DNA of 10,098 nucleotides, from assembly GCA_044866005.1 (NCBI GenBank), contig JBIOTN010000183.1, positions 1 to 10,098 on the forward strand, written 5' to 3'. The position numbers and the translations under genes are program-made. Below, one piece after another: positions 1 through 6,945 of this stretch (positions are counted from its first letter, which is position 1; each line of letters opens with the position of its first letter). This DNA is from Candidatus Rokuibacteriota bacterium (lineage in GTDB: Bacteria > Methylomirabilota > Methylomirabilia > Rokubacteriales > DASRDR01). Below the pieces are notes generated by a model. It worked only from the letters and a program-made list of their open reading frames with translations, had not been told where the DNA came from and made no database searches.

Positions 1-9
1 GGAGGGCGC

Positions 10-66
10 GAACGGGTGACGGAGCCCGGCCGGACCGGGGGCGAGCCGGCGACAGGCCCCGCGGCG
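10..66 (+). repeat. Right-arm copy of the palindromic intergenic element (copy 1, probably cut off by the window start)
   Basis: GAACGGGTGACGGAGCCCGGCCGGACCGGGGGCGAGCCGGCGACAGGCCCCGCGGCG aligns to 1118-1173 with 52 of 57 identities (4 substitutions, 1 indel). Confidence 0.85.
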
Positions 67-84
67 ACGGGGTCGCGGCTCGAC

Positions 85-1005
85 ATGGATGTCGTGGACC
101 TCCACGTGCATACGTACCCGCGCCCCGAGATCGGCCGCCAGGCGATGCAGGGGCGGTCCTGGTCGCCGTATGCCGGCACGGTGCCCGAGCTGCGGGACGC
201 GATGGCCCGCGCCGGCATCGCGACGGCCGTCATGGTCAACCTCACGCCCATCCCGGAGATGCGGGAGGCGGCGCTCGCCCGGCTCGCCGCCGACCTGGCG
301 CCGGCCGCCCGCGCCGAGGCCGCGGCGACCCTGGGGGCGGAGCTTCGGGCACGGCTCGCCCGGCGCAACCGCTGGACCCTGGAGGTCGCCGCCGCCGAGC
401 CCGCGCTGATCCCGTTCGTCGGGCTCGACCCGTCGGTCATGAGCCCGGGTATGCTGCGGGACGAGCTCGAGGCGTGCGCCGCGGCCGGCGCCCGCGGCGT
501 CAAGCTCCATCCGATCGTGCAGCGCCTGAGCCCGAGCGCGAGCGCGCTCTGGCCCGTCTACGAGCTCTGCGACGAGCTCGGCCTGCCGGTCCTGTTCCAC
601 TCGGGCTTTCTCTGGCGCGGCGAGTGGAACGCCCTGGGCCGGCCGAGCGCCTTCGCCGACGTGGTCGAGGCCTTCCCCCGCCTCCGGGTCGTCCTCGCGC
701 ACCTGGGGCGCGGCTACGTCGACGAGGCGGTGGCGCTCGCCGAGCGTTTCCCGCAAGTCCTCTTCGACACGGCCGCCGTCGTGACCGCGGCGGACGTCCC
801 CTGGCGCCTCGAGGACGGCGAGGCCGTGAGCCTCATCAGGCGACTGGGAATCGAGCGGGTCTGCTTCGGCTCGGACTACCCCTGGTTCGACCCGGTCGCG
901 GACGCGCGCCGCCTGGCCGAGCTTTCGGGGCTCACCACGGGCGAGCGAGCGGCCATCCTCGGCGACAACGCCCGCCGCCTCCTCGACGCCTCTTCCGAAG
1001 CCTGA
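85..1005 (+). CDS. Amidohydrolase family protein (amidohydrolase_2 type, metal-dependent TIM barrel)
   Basis: Motifs VVDLHVH (HxH), GARGVKLHP, PVLFHSG, VVLAHLG, FDTA, FGSDYP and C-terminal ILGDNARRLL. The ORF track starts at GTG 16 (GGAGGG at 1-6), but 10-66 is a copy of the repeat found at 1118-1173, so the in-frame ATG at 85, just before the HxH strand, is the more likely start. Confidence 0.88.
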   Translation: MDVVDLHVHTYPRPEIGRQAMQGRSWSPYAGTVPELRDAMARAGIATAVMVNLTPIPEMREAALARLAADLAPAARAEAAATLGAELRARLARRNRWTLEVAAAEPALIPFVGLDPSVMSPGMLRDELEACAAAGARGVKLHPIVQRLSPSASALWPVYELCDELGLPVLFHSGFLWRGEWNALGRPSAFADVVEAFPRLRVVLAHLGRGYVDEAVALAERFPQVLFDTAAVVTAADVPWRLEDGEAVSLIRRLGIERVCFGSDYPWFDPVADARRLAELSGLTTGERAAILGDNARRLLDASSEA

Positions 1006-1184
1006 ACCTCCACCCCAGGCCGCCGCGGGTGGCGCCGCACGCCGCCCCGCAGCCGGCCGGGCGAAGTGGGACCCCTTCAGCCTCCTTCCGCAGATCGCCA
1101 GAGCTGCGGAAGGGGCTGAACGGGTGACGAAGCCCGGCCGGACCGGGGCAAGGCGGCGACAGGACCCGCGGCGGCCGGAGGAGG
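1006..1184. repeat. About 180-bp imperfect palindromic (rod-like hairpin) intergenic element, copy 2; REP/MITE-like or structured RNA
   Basis: Nested complementary blocks: 1018-1030 with 1164-1176 (13 bp), 1033-1038 with 1153-1158, 1044-1049 with 1144-1149, 1053-1062 with 1132-1141 (10 bp), 1071-1093 with 1104-1125 (one mismatch, one bulge), loop 1094-1103, CCTCC/GGAGG ends. It fills the whole gap between the stop codons at 1003-1005 and 1185-1187. Confidence 0.8.
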
Positions 1185-1886
1185 CTAACGGAAGTAGGCT
1201 TCGATCCGGAGGAAGACGTCGTAGACGAGGCGCACGTCCCCCAGGCAGTACGCCTCGATCTCGTCGAACCGCCCCGCCTGCCAGAGCGCGAAGACCTGCG
1301 AGCCCTCCATCCCCGGCGGGGTCTTGGAGAGCCCCAAGAGCTCGGCCACGATGTCGAGCCGCACCGTCTCGCTGCGCTCCCAGTTGGCCAGGCAGCGCAT
1401 GACGTCGAAGTGGCTGTCGAGCTGGAACGGCTTGAGCGGCAGTCCCGTCGTCGGCGCCACCCCGAGGTAGATGGACCGGCGGATGAGGAACGGCACGTCG
1501 AAGGCGAGACCGTTGTAGGTGATGAAGCACCAGTCACGGCGCGCCCGAACCACGTCCCAGAAGCCCTCCAGCAGCAGCCGTTCGTCGGCGACCTGGCGCG
1601 CCGTGAGGGCCTTGGTCTCCAGCTCACCGCGGCCGCGGGCGTCGTGACCCATCCCGATGCAGACCACGTGGCCGAACTCGGGGCGGAGCGCCATGTAGCG
1701 CTCGAGCCGCTCGCGCCGCGTCGCGAACAGGGCGCCGTCGGGCGCCGCCAGGTAATCGTCCAGGGTCACCTCGTCGCCTGCCTCCGCGTCTCGCCGGGAC
1801 GCCCGCTCCCACACGTACTCCTGGACCTTCCGCGGCTCGGCGCGGAGGTCGCGCGGGATGGTCTCGATGTCCAGGACGAAGTTCAT
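1185..1886 (-). CDS. DEDDy 3'-5' exonuclease, standalone PolB-exonuclease/RNase H-like domain protein
   Basis: Exo I FVLDIETIP, Exo II ITYNGLAFDVPFL, Exo III YCLGDV. The ATG at 1886-1884 overlaps the TGA of the GGDEF gene (ATGA). The longer 374-aa ORF is a spurious extension through the GGDEF gene. Confidence 0.88.
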   Translation of the reverse strand: MNFVLDIETIPRDLRAEPRKVQEYVWERASRRDAEAGDEVTLDDYLAAPDGALFATRRERLERYMALRPEFGHVVCIGMGHDARGRGELETKALTARQVADERLLLEGFWDVVRARRDWCFITYNGLAFDVPFLIRRSIYLGVAPTTGLPLKPFQLDSHFDVMRCLANWERSETVRLDIVAELLGLSKTPPGMEGSQVFALWQAGRFDEIEAYCLGDVRLVYDVFLRIEAYFR

Positions 1887-2839
1887 GCGACGGGCGTGGC
1901 CAGCGACACGAAGGCGCGGTTCTTCCCCTGCCGCTTGGCCGCGTACATCGCCCGGTCGGCGGCGGCGAGCGCCTCCCGCGGGGAGGCCGGGGCGTCGCGG
2001 AAGGCGATGCCGCCGACGCTCGCGGTCACGCGCGGCAGCTCCGCGGCGAACGGGGCGCCCTCGATCAGGGTCACGAGCTTCGCGGCGTACTGGCGCAGGG
2101 TGTCGGAGGAGGCTTCGGGCAGGATGACGACGAACTCGTCGCCGCCCAGCCGGGCGGGGAAGTCGGTCGCGCGGCAGTTCTCGCGGAGGAGCCGGCCGAC
2201 GACCTGCAGGACGAGATCGCCGGCGAGGTGGCCGGCGGTATCGTTGACCGCCTTGAAGCCGTCGAGGTCCACGAGGAGCAGGCCGAACGGCCGGCCGTAG
2301 CGGCGGCATCGGGCGATCTCCTGATCGAGCGCCTCGTGGAAGTAGCGGGCGTTCCAGAGCCGCGTGAGACGGTCGCGCCGCGCCGAGTCGCGCTCCCGCA
2401 CCACGGTGGCGGCCAGGGCGTCCTCGGTCCGGAGCAGCCGCTCGATGGCGCCGCGGAACGTGCTCACGCCCGCGGCGAGGGTCACGAGGATCGCGACCCG
2501 CAGGGCGTAATCGCTCCAGGGCAGCGCCGCCGGCCGCGCCACGGCCGCGAGGTCGAGCGTAGCCGCGGTCCAGCCCACCGCGGCGAGCGCCACGGTCCCC
2601 CAGCGCCCCACCGGCGACAGGCGCCAGCTCGCCACCACGACCACCGCCATGTTGGCGAGGGCGAGCGCCACCGGGGCCTTCGCCGCGGCGTCCAGCACCG
2701 CGACCAGGAGGAGGGCCGCGAGGAGGAGCGCGACGCCGAGCCGGACGACCAGCCGGTCGAGATGGCTCGCGATGCTGTCGACGGGCTCGCCGACCCGCGG
2801 CTCCCGGGCCCGACGGCGCGGGGCGCGCACGCGACGCAT
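1883..2839 (-). CDS. Membrane-anchored diguanylate cyclase (GGDEF domain)
   Basis: About four N-terminal hydrophobic helices, then a helical linker, DRLTRLWN, LLLVDLDGFKAVNDTAGHLAGD, the I-site RATD five residues before ARLGGDEF, TASVG and ADRAMYAAKRQGKN. The ATG at 2839 lies 2 nt after the stop of the upstream gene; exact start uncertain. Confidence 0.9.
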   Translation of the reverse strand: MRRVRAPRRRAREPRVGEPVDSIASHLDRLVVRLGVALLLAALLLVAVLDAAAKAPVALALANMAVVVVASWRLSPVGRWGTVALAAVGWTAATLDLAAVARPAALPWSDYALRVAILVTLAAGVSTFRGAIERLLRTEDALAATVVRERDSARRDRLTRLWNARYFHEALDQEIARCRRYGRPFGLLLVDLDGFKAVNDTAGHLAGDLVLQVVGRLLRENCRATDFPARLGGDEFVVILPEASSDTLRQYAAKLVTLIEGAPFAAELPRVTASVGGIAFRDAPASPREALAAADRAMYAAKRQGKNRAFVSLATPVA

Positions 2840-2841
2840 CC

Positions 2842-3744
2842 TCACACGCGATACCAGGTGAGCTCGTTCACGACCACGACCGGGCCCCCGAACGCCGCGC
2901 GAGCGTCGGCGACCAGCGCGCCGAGCTTGCCGTGGTGGGCGTACCCGACGTGGGCCAGCAGGAGCCGGCGGACCGCCGCCTGCGACGCGATCTCGCCGGC
3001 CTCGCGCGCCGTGGAGTGCCACTGGGTGGGATCGGGCTCTGCGAACGTCGCCTCGTGGACCAGCACGCTGGCGCCGCGCGCGAGCGTCGCCACCGCCTCG
3101 CACGGTCGCGTGTCCGAGGAGTAGACGAGGCTGCGCCCACCGGCCGCGGCGCGGACGGCGAGGTTCGGCATCCTCCCGTGGGCGTTGGGTGACGCGGTCA
3201 CGGCCAGCTCGTCCGTGGCGAAGACCTGCACCCCCTCGCGCGGCTCGACGCCCACGACACGCACGTCGAGGCCGCCCGGGCCGACGAGGTCGAACAGCCG
3301 CAAGAGGCGCTCGATCACGGGGACGTGCTCCACCCGGCAGTAGACCGGCAGCGGCGCCCGCCGGCCGAGGATGATGAGGTTCTGGACGAGGGCCGGCAGC
3401 CCGTAGACGTGATCGGGATGGGTGTGCGTGATGACGACCGCCGTGATCCCGACCGGGTCGACGGCGAGGCGCCGGAGCTTCTGCACGGGACTCCCCCCCA
3501 CGTCCACGAGACAGAGGGTGCGCCCGGCGCGGAGCGCCAGGGCCGTCGTGTCCCGCGCCGCCGACGGCACGGCGCCGGAGCTCCCCAGACAGGCGAAGGC
3601 CAGCCGCGGCGGCGCCGACGCGCCGACCCGCCGCCGCGCGCCGGCGCGGGGTCGCGGCCGGTGGAGCGAGCGCGGGAGGCGCGAGCCCGCGGACGCGCGC
3701 GCCCGGCGCCTCACGCCCGTCGCGGCGGGAGAGCGCCGTCTCAC
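2842..3744 (-). CDS. Metallo-beta-lactamase-fold hydrolase, RNase Z/BN-like, short form
   Basis: LGSSGAVPSAARD, LVDVG, THTHPDH (HxHxDH), NAH, YSSDT, VHEATF, WHST, LLAHV. The in-frame GTG at 3744 overlaps the lgt stop (GTGA). Another in-frame GTG at 3714 is possible, so the start is uncertain. Confidence 0.85.
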   Translation of the reverse strand: MRRRSPAATGVRRRARASAGSRLPRSLHRPRPRAGARRRVGASAPPRLAFACLGSSGAVPSAARDTTALALRAGRTLCLVDVGGSPVQKLRRLAVDPVGITAVVITHTHPDHVYGLPALVQNLIILGRRAPLPVYCRVEHVPVIERLLRLFDLVGPGGLDVRVVGVEPREGVQVFATDELAVTASPNAHGRMPNLAVRAAAGGRSLVYSSDTRPCEAVATLARGASVLVHEATFAEPDPTQWHSTAREAGEIASQAAVRRLLLAHVGYAHHGKLGALVADARAAFGGPVVVVNELTWYRV

Positions 3745-4568
3745 GAGCGGGCCGGCGGCGCGTGCCGGCGGAGGAGCAGCGGGACGACCACGAGGGAGAC
3801 CGCAACCGACACGATGCTGACGACCTGCGCGATCCGGAGAGAGCCCCACATGAGGCTGTCCGTCCGGAGGCCTTCGACGAAGAAGCGCCCGACCGAGTAG
3901 AGGGCCAGGTAGGCGAAGAAGAGCGCGCCGCGGGCCCGCTCGAACCGCCGGCGGAGCAGGCAGACCAGGACCAGGAAGACCGCGAAGTCCCAGAGCGATT
4001 CGTAGAGAAAGGTCGGGTGGAAGTACTCCGCGTCGACGTACTGCGGCGGCCGGTGCATCTCGGAGACGTAGAGCTTCCACGGGAGATCCGTCGGCCGGCC
4101 GAACGCCTCCTCGTTGAAGAAGTTCCCCCAGCGGCCGATCGCCTGGCCGAGGGCCAGGTACGGCGCGGCGATGTCGAGGTACGCGAGCAGCGGAAGCCGC
4201 CGGAACCAGACGTAGCTGCCCCCCGCCAGGAGGCCGCCGATCAGCCCCCCGTGGATGGCCAGGCCGCCCTCCCACACCGCGAAGATGCGCCACCACGGCT
4301 GGCCCTGGTAGTAGTCGAGGTTGAAGAGAACGTAGTAGAGCCGCGCGCCGACGAGCCCGCCGATGATGGCGAACTCGGCGGCCTTCAGCAGGTCGTCCGC
4401 GCTCTCGCCGCGGCGGCTCGCCTCACGGGAGGCGAGCCAGAGGCCCAGGGCCATGGCGGAGGCGATCAGGACCCCGTACCAGCGGATCGAGAACTGGAAC
4501 GCGCCGACGAGCGGCAGGTCGGGAGGGACGCGGAACGAAAAGGCGATCGGCCCCGGTGAGCGGAACAC
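3741..4568 (-). CDS. lgt: Prolipoprotein diacylglyceryl transferase
   Basis: SPGPIAF...IRWYG, GARLYYV, WEGGLAIHGG, LGQAIGRWGNFFNEEAFG (Lgt signature), HPTFLYES, YSVGRFFVEGLRTD and several transmembrane helices. Confidence 0.97.
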   Translation of the reverse strand: MFRSPGPIAFSFRVPPDLPLVGAFQFSIRWYGVLIASAMALGLWLASREASRRGESADDLLKAAEFAIIGGLVGARLYYVLFNLDYYQGQPWWRIFAVWEGGLAIHGGLIGGLLAGGSYVWFRRLPLLAYLDIAAPYLALGQAIGRWGNFFNEEAFGRPTDLPWKLYVSEMHRPPQYVDAEYFHPTFLYESLWDFAVFLVLVCLLRRRFERARGALFFAYLALYSVGRFFVEGLRTDSLMWGSLRIAQVVSIVSVAVSLVVVPLLLRRHAPPARS

Positions 4569-4622
4569 GAAGGACTAACCCTGCACCATCACCCGCGTCG
4601 GCCTCCCAAATGGGTCTCGCCC

Positions 4623-4652
4623 CTTATACCGGACGGGCGTTCGAAGTGTCAA
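4623..4652 (-). promoter_or_regulatory. Putative sigma70-type promoter for the lgt operon
   Basis: Minus strand TTGACA (4652-4647), 18-nt spacer, TATAAG (4628-4623), in an AT-richer divergent spacer. Confidence 0.6.
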
Positions 4653-4713
4653 ACGAAAACCCCGGAGAGTGGCCTCGAGACCCCCGGAAACCCCGCGAGA
4701 AGTCGGAAATAGT

Positions 4714-4743
4714 TTGACACCGGGAAGACCGTCTGGGTATGAT
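4714..4743 (+). promoter_or_regulatory. Putative sigma70-type promoter for the tol-pal operon
   Basis: TTGACA (4714-4719), 18-nt spacer, TATGAT (4738-4743), 57 nt upstream of tolQ. Confidence 0.72.
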
Positions 4744-4800
4744 GACCCAGGCTTTGCGTAGCTTTTTGTCTCTTCACGGCCGGGTGGAGCGAGCGAGGAG

Positions 4801-5550
4801 TTGAGCGGCCTCCTGAACTTCGTGAACCTGGGCAGTTTTGGCGAGCTGGTCGCCAATGCCGGACTGGTCGCGAAGTTTGTCCTTCTCATCCTCTTCTCCC
4901 TGTCGGTCGTCTGCTGGGCCATCATCTTCCAGAAGGGCATGCAGTTGCGGGCGATCGCCCGCGAAACGGCCCGCTTCCTCAAAGTCTACCGGGAGTCGCG
5001 CCGGTTCTCGGTGGTGGCGGGCGGCGCCAAGCGGCTGCGCTCGAGTCCGCTGGCCCGCGTCTACGCCGCGGCCTATCAGGAGCTCGGCGGCACCGGCAAC
5101 CCGCTTCCCGACCTCATGGACGGTCCGCAGGAGGACGGGGAGGACGGCATCGCGCCGGAGCGACTGGACTCGATCCAGCGCGCCATGCGCCGAGTCCAGG
5201 CCGTCGAGGTCGAGCGCATGGAGCGCTACCTGCCGTTCCTCGCCACGACGGCGAGCGCCGGCCCCTTCATCGGCCTCTTCGGCACGGTGTGGGGCATCAT
5301 GACCTCGTTCCACTCGATCGGCGCGCAGGGCTCCGCGAGCCTCGCGGTGGTCGCGCCCGGCATCGCCGAGGCGCTGATCGCCACGGCCGCGGGGCTGGCG
5401 GCCGCCATCCCGGCCGTCCTCGGCTACAACTTCTTCGTCGGGCGGGTGCGCCACTGGACGATCGAGATGGACAACTTCGCGCTGGAGCTCGCCAACCTGG
5501 TGGAGCGCCGGCTCGTCCGGACGGTGAAGTCGCTGAAGAATGGCTATTAG
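4801..5550 (+). CDS. tolQ: TolQ (MotA/TolQ/ExbB proton channel family)
   Basis: ERYLPFLATTASAGPFIGLFGTVWGIM and LAVVAPGIAEALIATAAGLAAAIPAV; first gene of a tol-pal cluster. The start is either TTG 4801 or GTG 4822. Confidence 0.93.
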   Translation: MSGLLNFVNLGSFGELVANAGLVAKFVLLILFSLSVVCWAIIFQKGMQLRAIARETARFLKVYRESRRFSVVAGGAKRLRSSPLARVYAAAYQELGGTGNPLPDLMDGPQEDGEDGIAPERLDSIQRAMRRVQAVEVERMERYLPFLATTASAGPFIGLFGTVWGIMTSFHSIGAQGSASLAVVAPGIAEALIATAAGLAAAIPAVLGYNFFVGRVRHWTIEMDNFALELANLVERRLVRTVKSLKNGY

Positions 5551-5974
5551 GGTCGACGCGGGAGCCGAGGGCGGCTCGCGCGTCCGGAGTTCCCTCGCCG
5601 AGATCAACGTCATCCCGCTCGTCGACGTGGTGCTCGTGCTCCTGCTCATCTTCATGCTGACCGCGCCGATGATGTACCGGGGGATCGACGTGAACCTGCC
5701 GAGGACGTCGGGCAAGCCCACGGCGATCGAGGAGCGGCTGGTCCTCACCGTGACGAAAGACCGCATGCTGTTCCTCAACGACCGGCCGTTGCCGCTGGCC
5801 ACGCTCGAGCCCCGCCTGCGGGAGCTCATGCGCGATCGAACCGACAAGACGATCTTCATCAAGGCCGACAAGGAGCTGGCGTACGGGTACGTCGTCGAGA
5901 CGATGGACCGGGTCCGCCGCGCGGGGATCGAGCGCGTGGGGATGGTGACCGAGCCCCTCCCCAAGCGGGAATGA
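5540..5974 (+). CDS. tolR: TolR (ExbD/TolR family)
   Basis: EINVIPLVDVVLVLLLIFMLTAPM with the conserved transmembrane Asp, VNLP, IKADKELAYGYVVETMD; overlaps tolQ by 11 nt. Confidence 0.93.
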   Translation: MAIRVDAGAEGGSRVRSSLAEINVIPLVDVVLVLLLIFMLTAPMMYRGIDVNLPRTSGKPTAIEERLVLTVTKDRMLFLNDRPLPLATLEPRLRELMRDRTDKTIFIKADKELAYGYVVETMDRVRRAGIERVGMVTEPLPKRE

Positions 5975-5993
5975 CGCGGGCTCCGGACGGACG

Positions 5994-6941
5994 ATGGCGT
6001 ACCGCGTTCCTCGCCGCTTCATCGCCCCGCCCCAGGAGCCGCCCCCGTATGGCCCGTTCGCGCTCTCCTTCCTGGGACACGCGCTGTTCCTCCTCACCGC
6101 CATGACCGTCTCGGCGTACCTGAACGCCCAGGCCGACCGGTCGAAGGTCTACATCGTCAATCTGGTCCCCGCCACCGCGCCCCTCGGCGTCCCGGCGCCC
6201 CGCGCCGTCGAGCCGAGTCCGGCGAAGCCGGTCGAACGGCCGAAGCCGGAGGCGCCGCGCGTGAAGGAGCCGCCCCCGAAGCCGGAGAAGGCCGAGCTGC
6301 CGCCGCCGAAGGCCCAGAAGCCGGAGCCGCTGCCTCCGCGGCGCGCGCCCGAGGCGGCGCGGCCGACGCCACCGTCGCCTGCCGAGCTGGCGTTGCCGCG
6401 GAAAGTGGAGAAGGAGACCCCGACGCTCGAGACGCGGCTGCCGCGCGAGCGGACGGCCGAGCGGACGCCGCCGCCACCTCCCACCTCGCCGCCGGTCCGG
6501 GCGCATGATGTGCCGCGCGTCGCGCCGCCGCCCCCCGCCCCGCCCGCGCCCGCCGTCGCGGTGGCCCGGCCGGGCGTGGAGCCGATGCGGCTCGGGCGGC
6601 CCGACGCGGCCGTGCCGACCACCGGCAGCATCAGCCTCGACGTGAGCGACTTCCCGTTCACCTACTACCTCCGCCAGCTCCAGGCGAAGATCAGCGAGCG
6701 GTGGACGCCCCCCCGGGGGGCGGTGGCGGGCGGGGAGCGCGCGGTCGTCCTCTTCGAGATCGGACGGGACGGCCAGATCAAGGAGCCGGCGATGGAGCGG
6801 AGCTCGGGGAACGCGCTCTACGATCAGGCGGCGCTGCGCGCCATCATCGAGGCGAGCCCCTTCCCCCCGCTGCCGCCGGAGTTCAAGGCGCCGTCCCTCA
6901 AGGTTCATTTCGGGTTCGACTTCCGGCCCGAGCAGGGGTGA
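5994..6941 (+). CDS. tolA: TolA/TonB-family energy transducer with proline-rich linker
   Basis: N-terminal TM helix with S-x3-H (SFLGH), long Pro/Glu/Lys/Arg linker, and a C-terminal domain YYLRQLQAKISERWTPP...FEIGRDGQI...SSGNALYDQAALRAI...PFPPLP. It lies between tolR and tolB; the symbol is assigned from position. Confidence 0.85.
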   Translation: MAYRVPRRFIAPPQEPPPYGPFALSFLGHALFLLTAMTVSAYLNAQADRSKVYIVNLVPATAPLGVPAPRAVEPSPAKPVERPKPEAPRVKEPPPKPEKAELPPPKAQKPEPLPPRRAPEAARPTPPSPAELALPRKVEKETPTLETRLPRERTAERTPPPPPTSPPVRAHDVPRVAPPPPAPPAPAVAVARPGVEPMRLGRPDAAVPTTGSISLDVSDFPFTYYLRQLQAKISERWTPPRGAVAGGERAVVLFEIGRDGQIKEPAMERSSGNALYDQAALRAIIEASPFPPLPPEFKAPSLKVHFGFDFRPEQG

Positions 6942-6945
6942 GACC

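Noticed and set aside
10..1173. CRISPR array
   Set aside because: Only two imperfect 56-57-bp copies separated by a whole gene; no spacer periodicity and no cas genes.
1006..1184. 6S RNA, or a SAM-I / c-di-GMP riboswitch
   Set aside because: The length fits 6S, but there is no large central bubble and a second copy lies 1.1 kb away. Riboswitch-like words (GAAGCCCGGC, GTGGGAC) lack the required pairings, and the element lies between stop codons rather than in a leader.
1000..1190. Integron attC site interpretation of the palindrome
   Set aside because: GCCTGAAC at the left end only loosely resembles RYYYAAC, and the right end reads GGCTAAC rather than the required GTTRRRY; no integrase is present in the window.
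1124..1402. 92-aa ORF whose start (MTKPGRTG) mimics the 329-aa ORF start (MTEPGRTG)
   Set aside because: The similarity comes from the DNA repeat; the ORF runs antisense into the exonuclease gene and has no protein-like features.
1887..4296. Long N-terminal extensions of the 374-, 640- and 484-aa ORFs, suggesting overlapping genes or fusions
   Set aside because: Arg/Pro/Ala-rich off-frame translations of neighbouring genes, expected when stop codons are scarce in high-GC DNA; each real gene has its own closely coupled start.
4801..6941. ExbB-ExbD-TonB uptake system rather than TolQRA
   Set aside because: The genes are followed directly by tolB, pal and cpoB, and no TonB-dependent receptor is present in the window.
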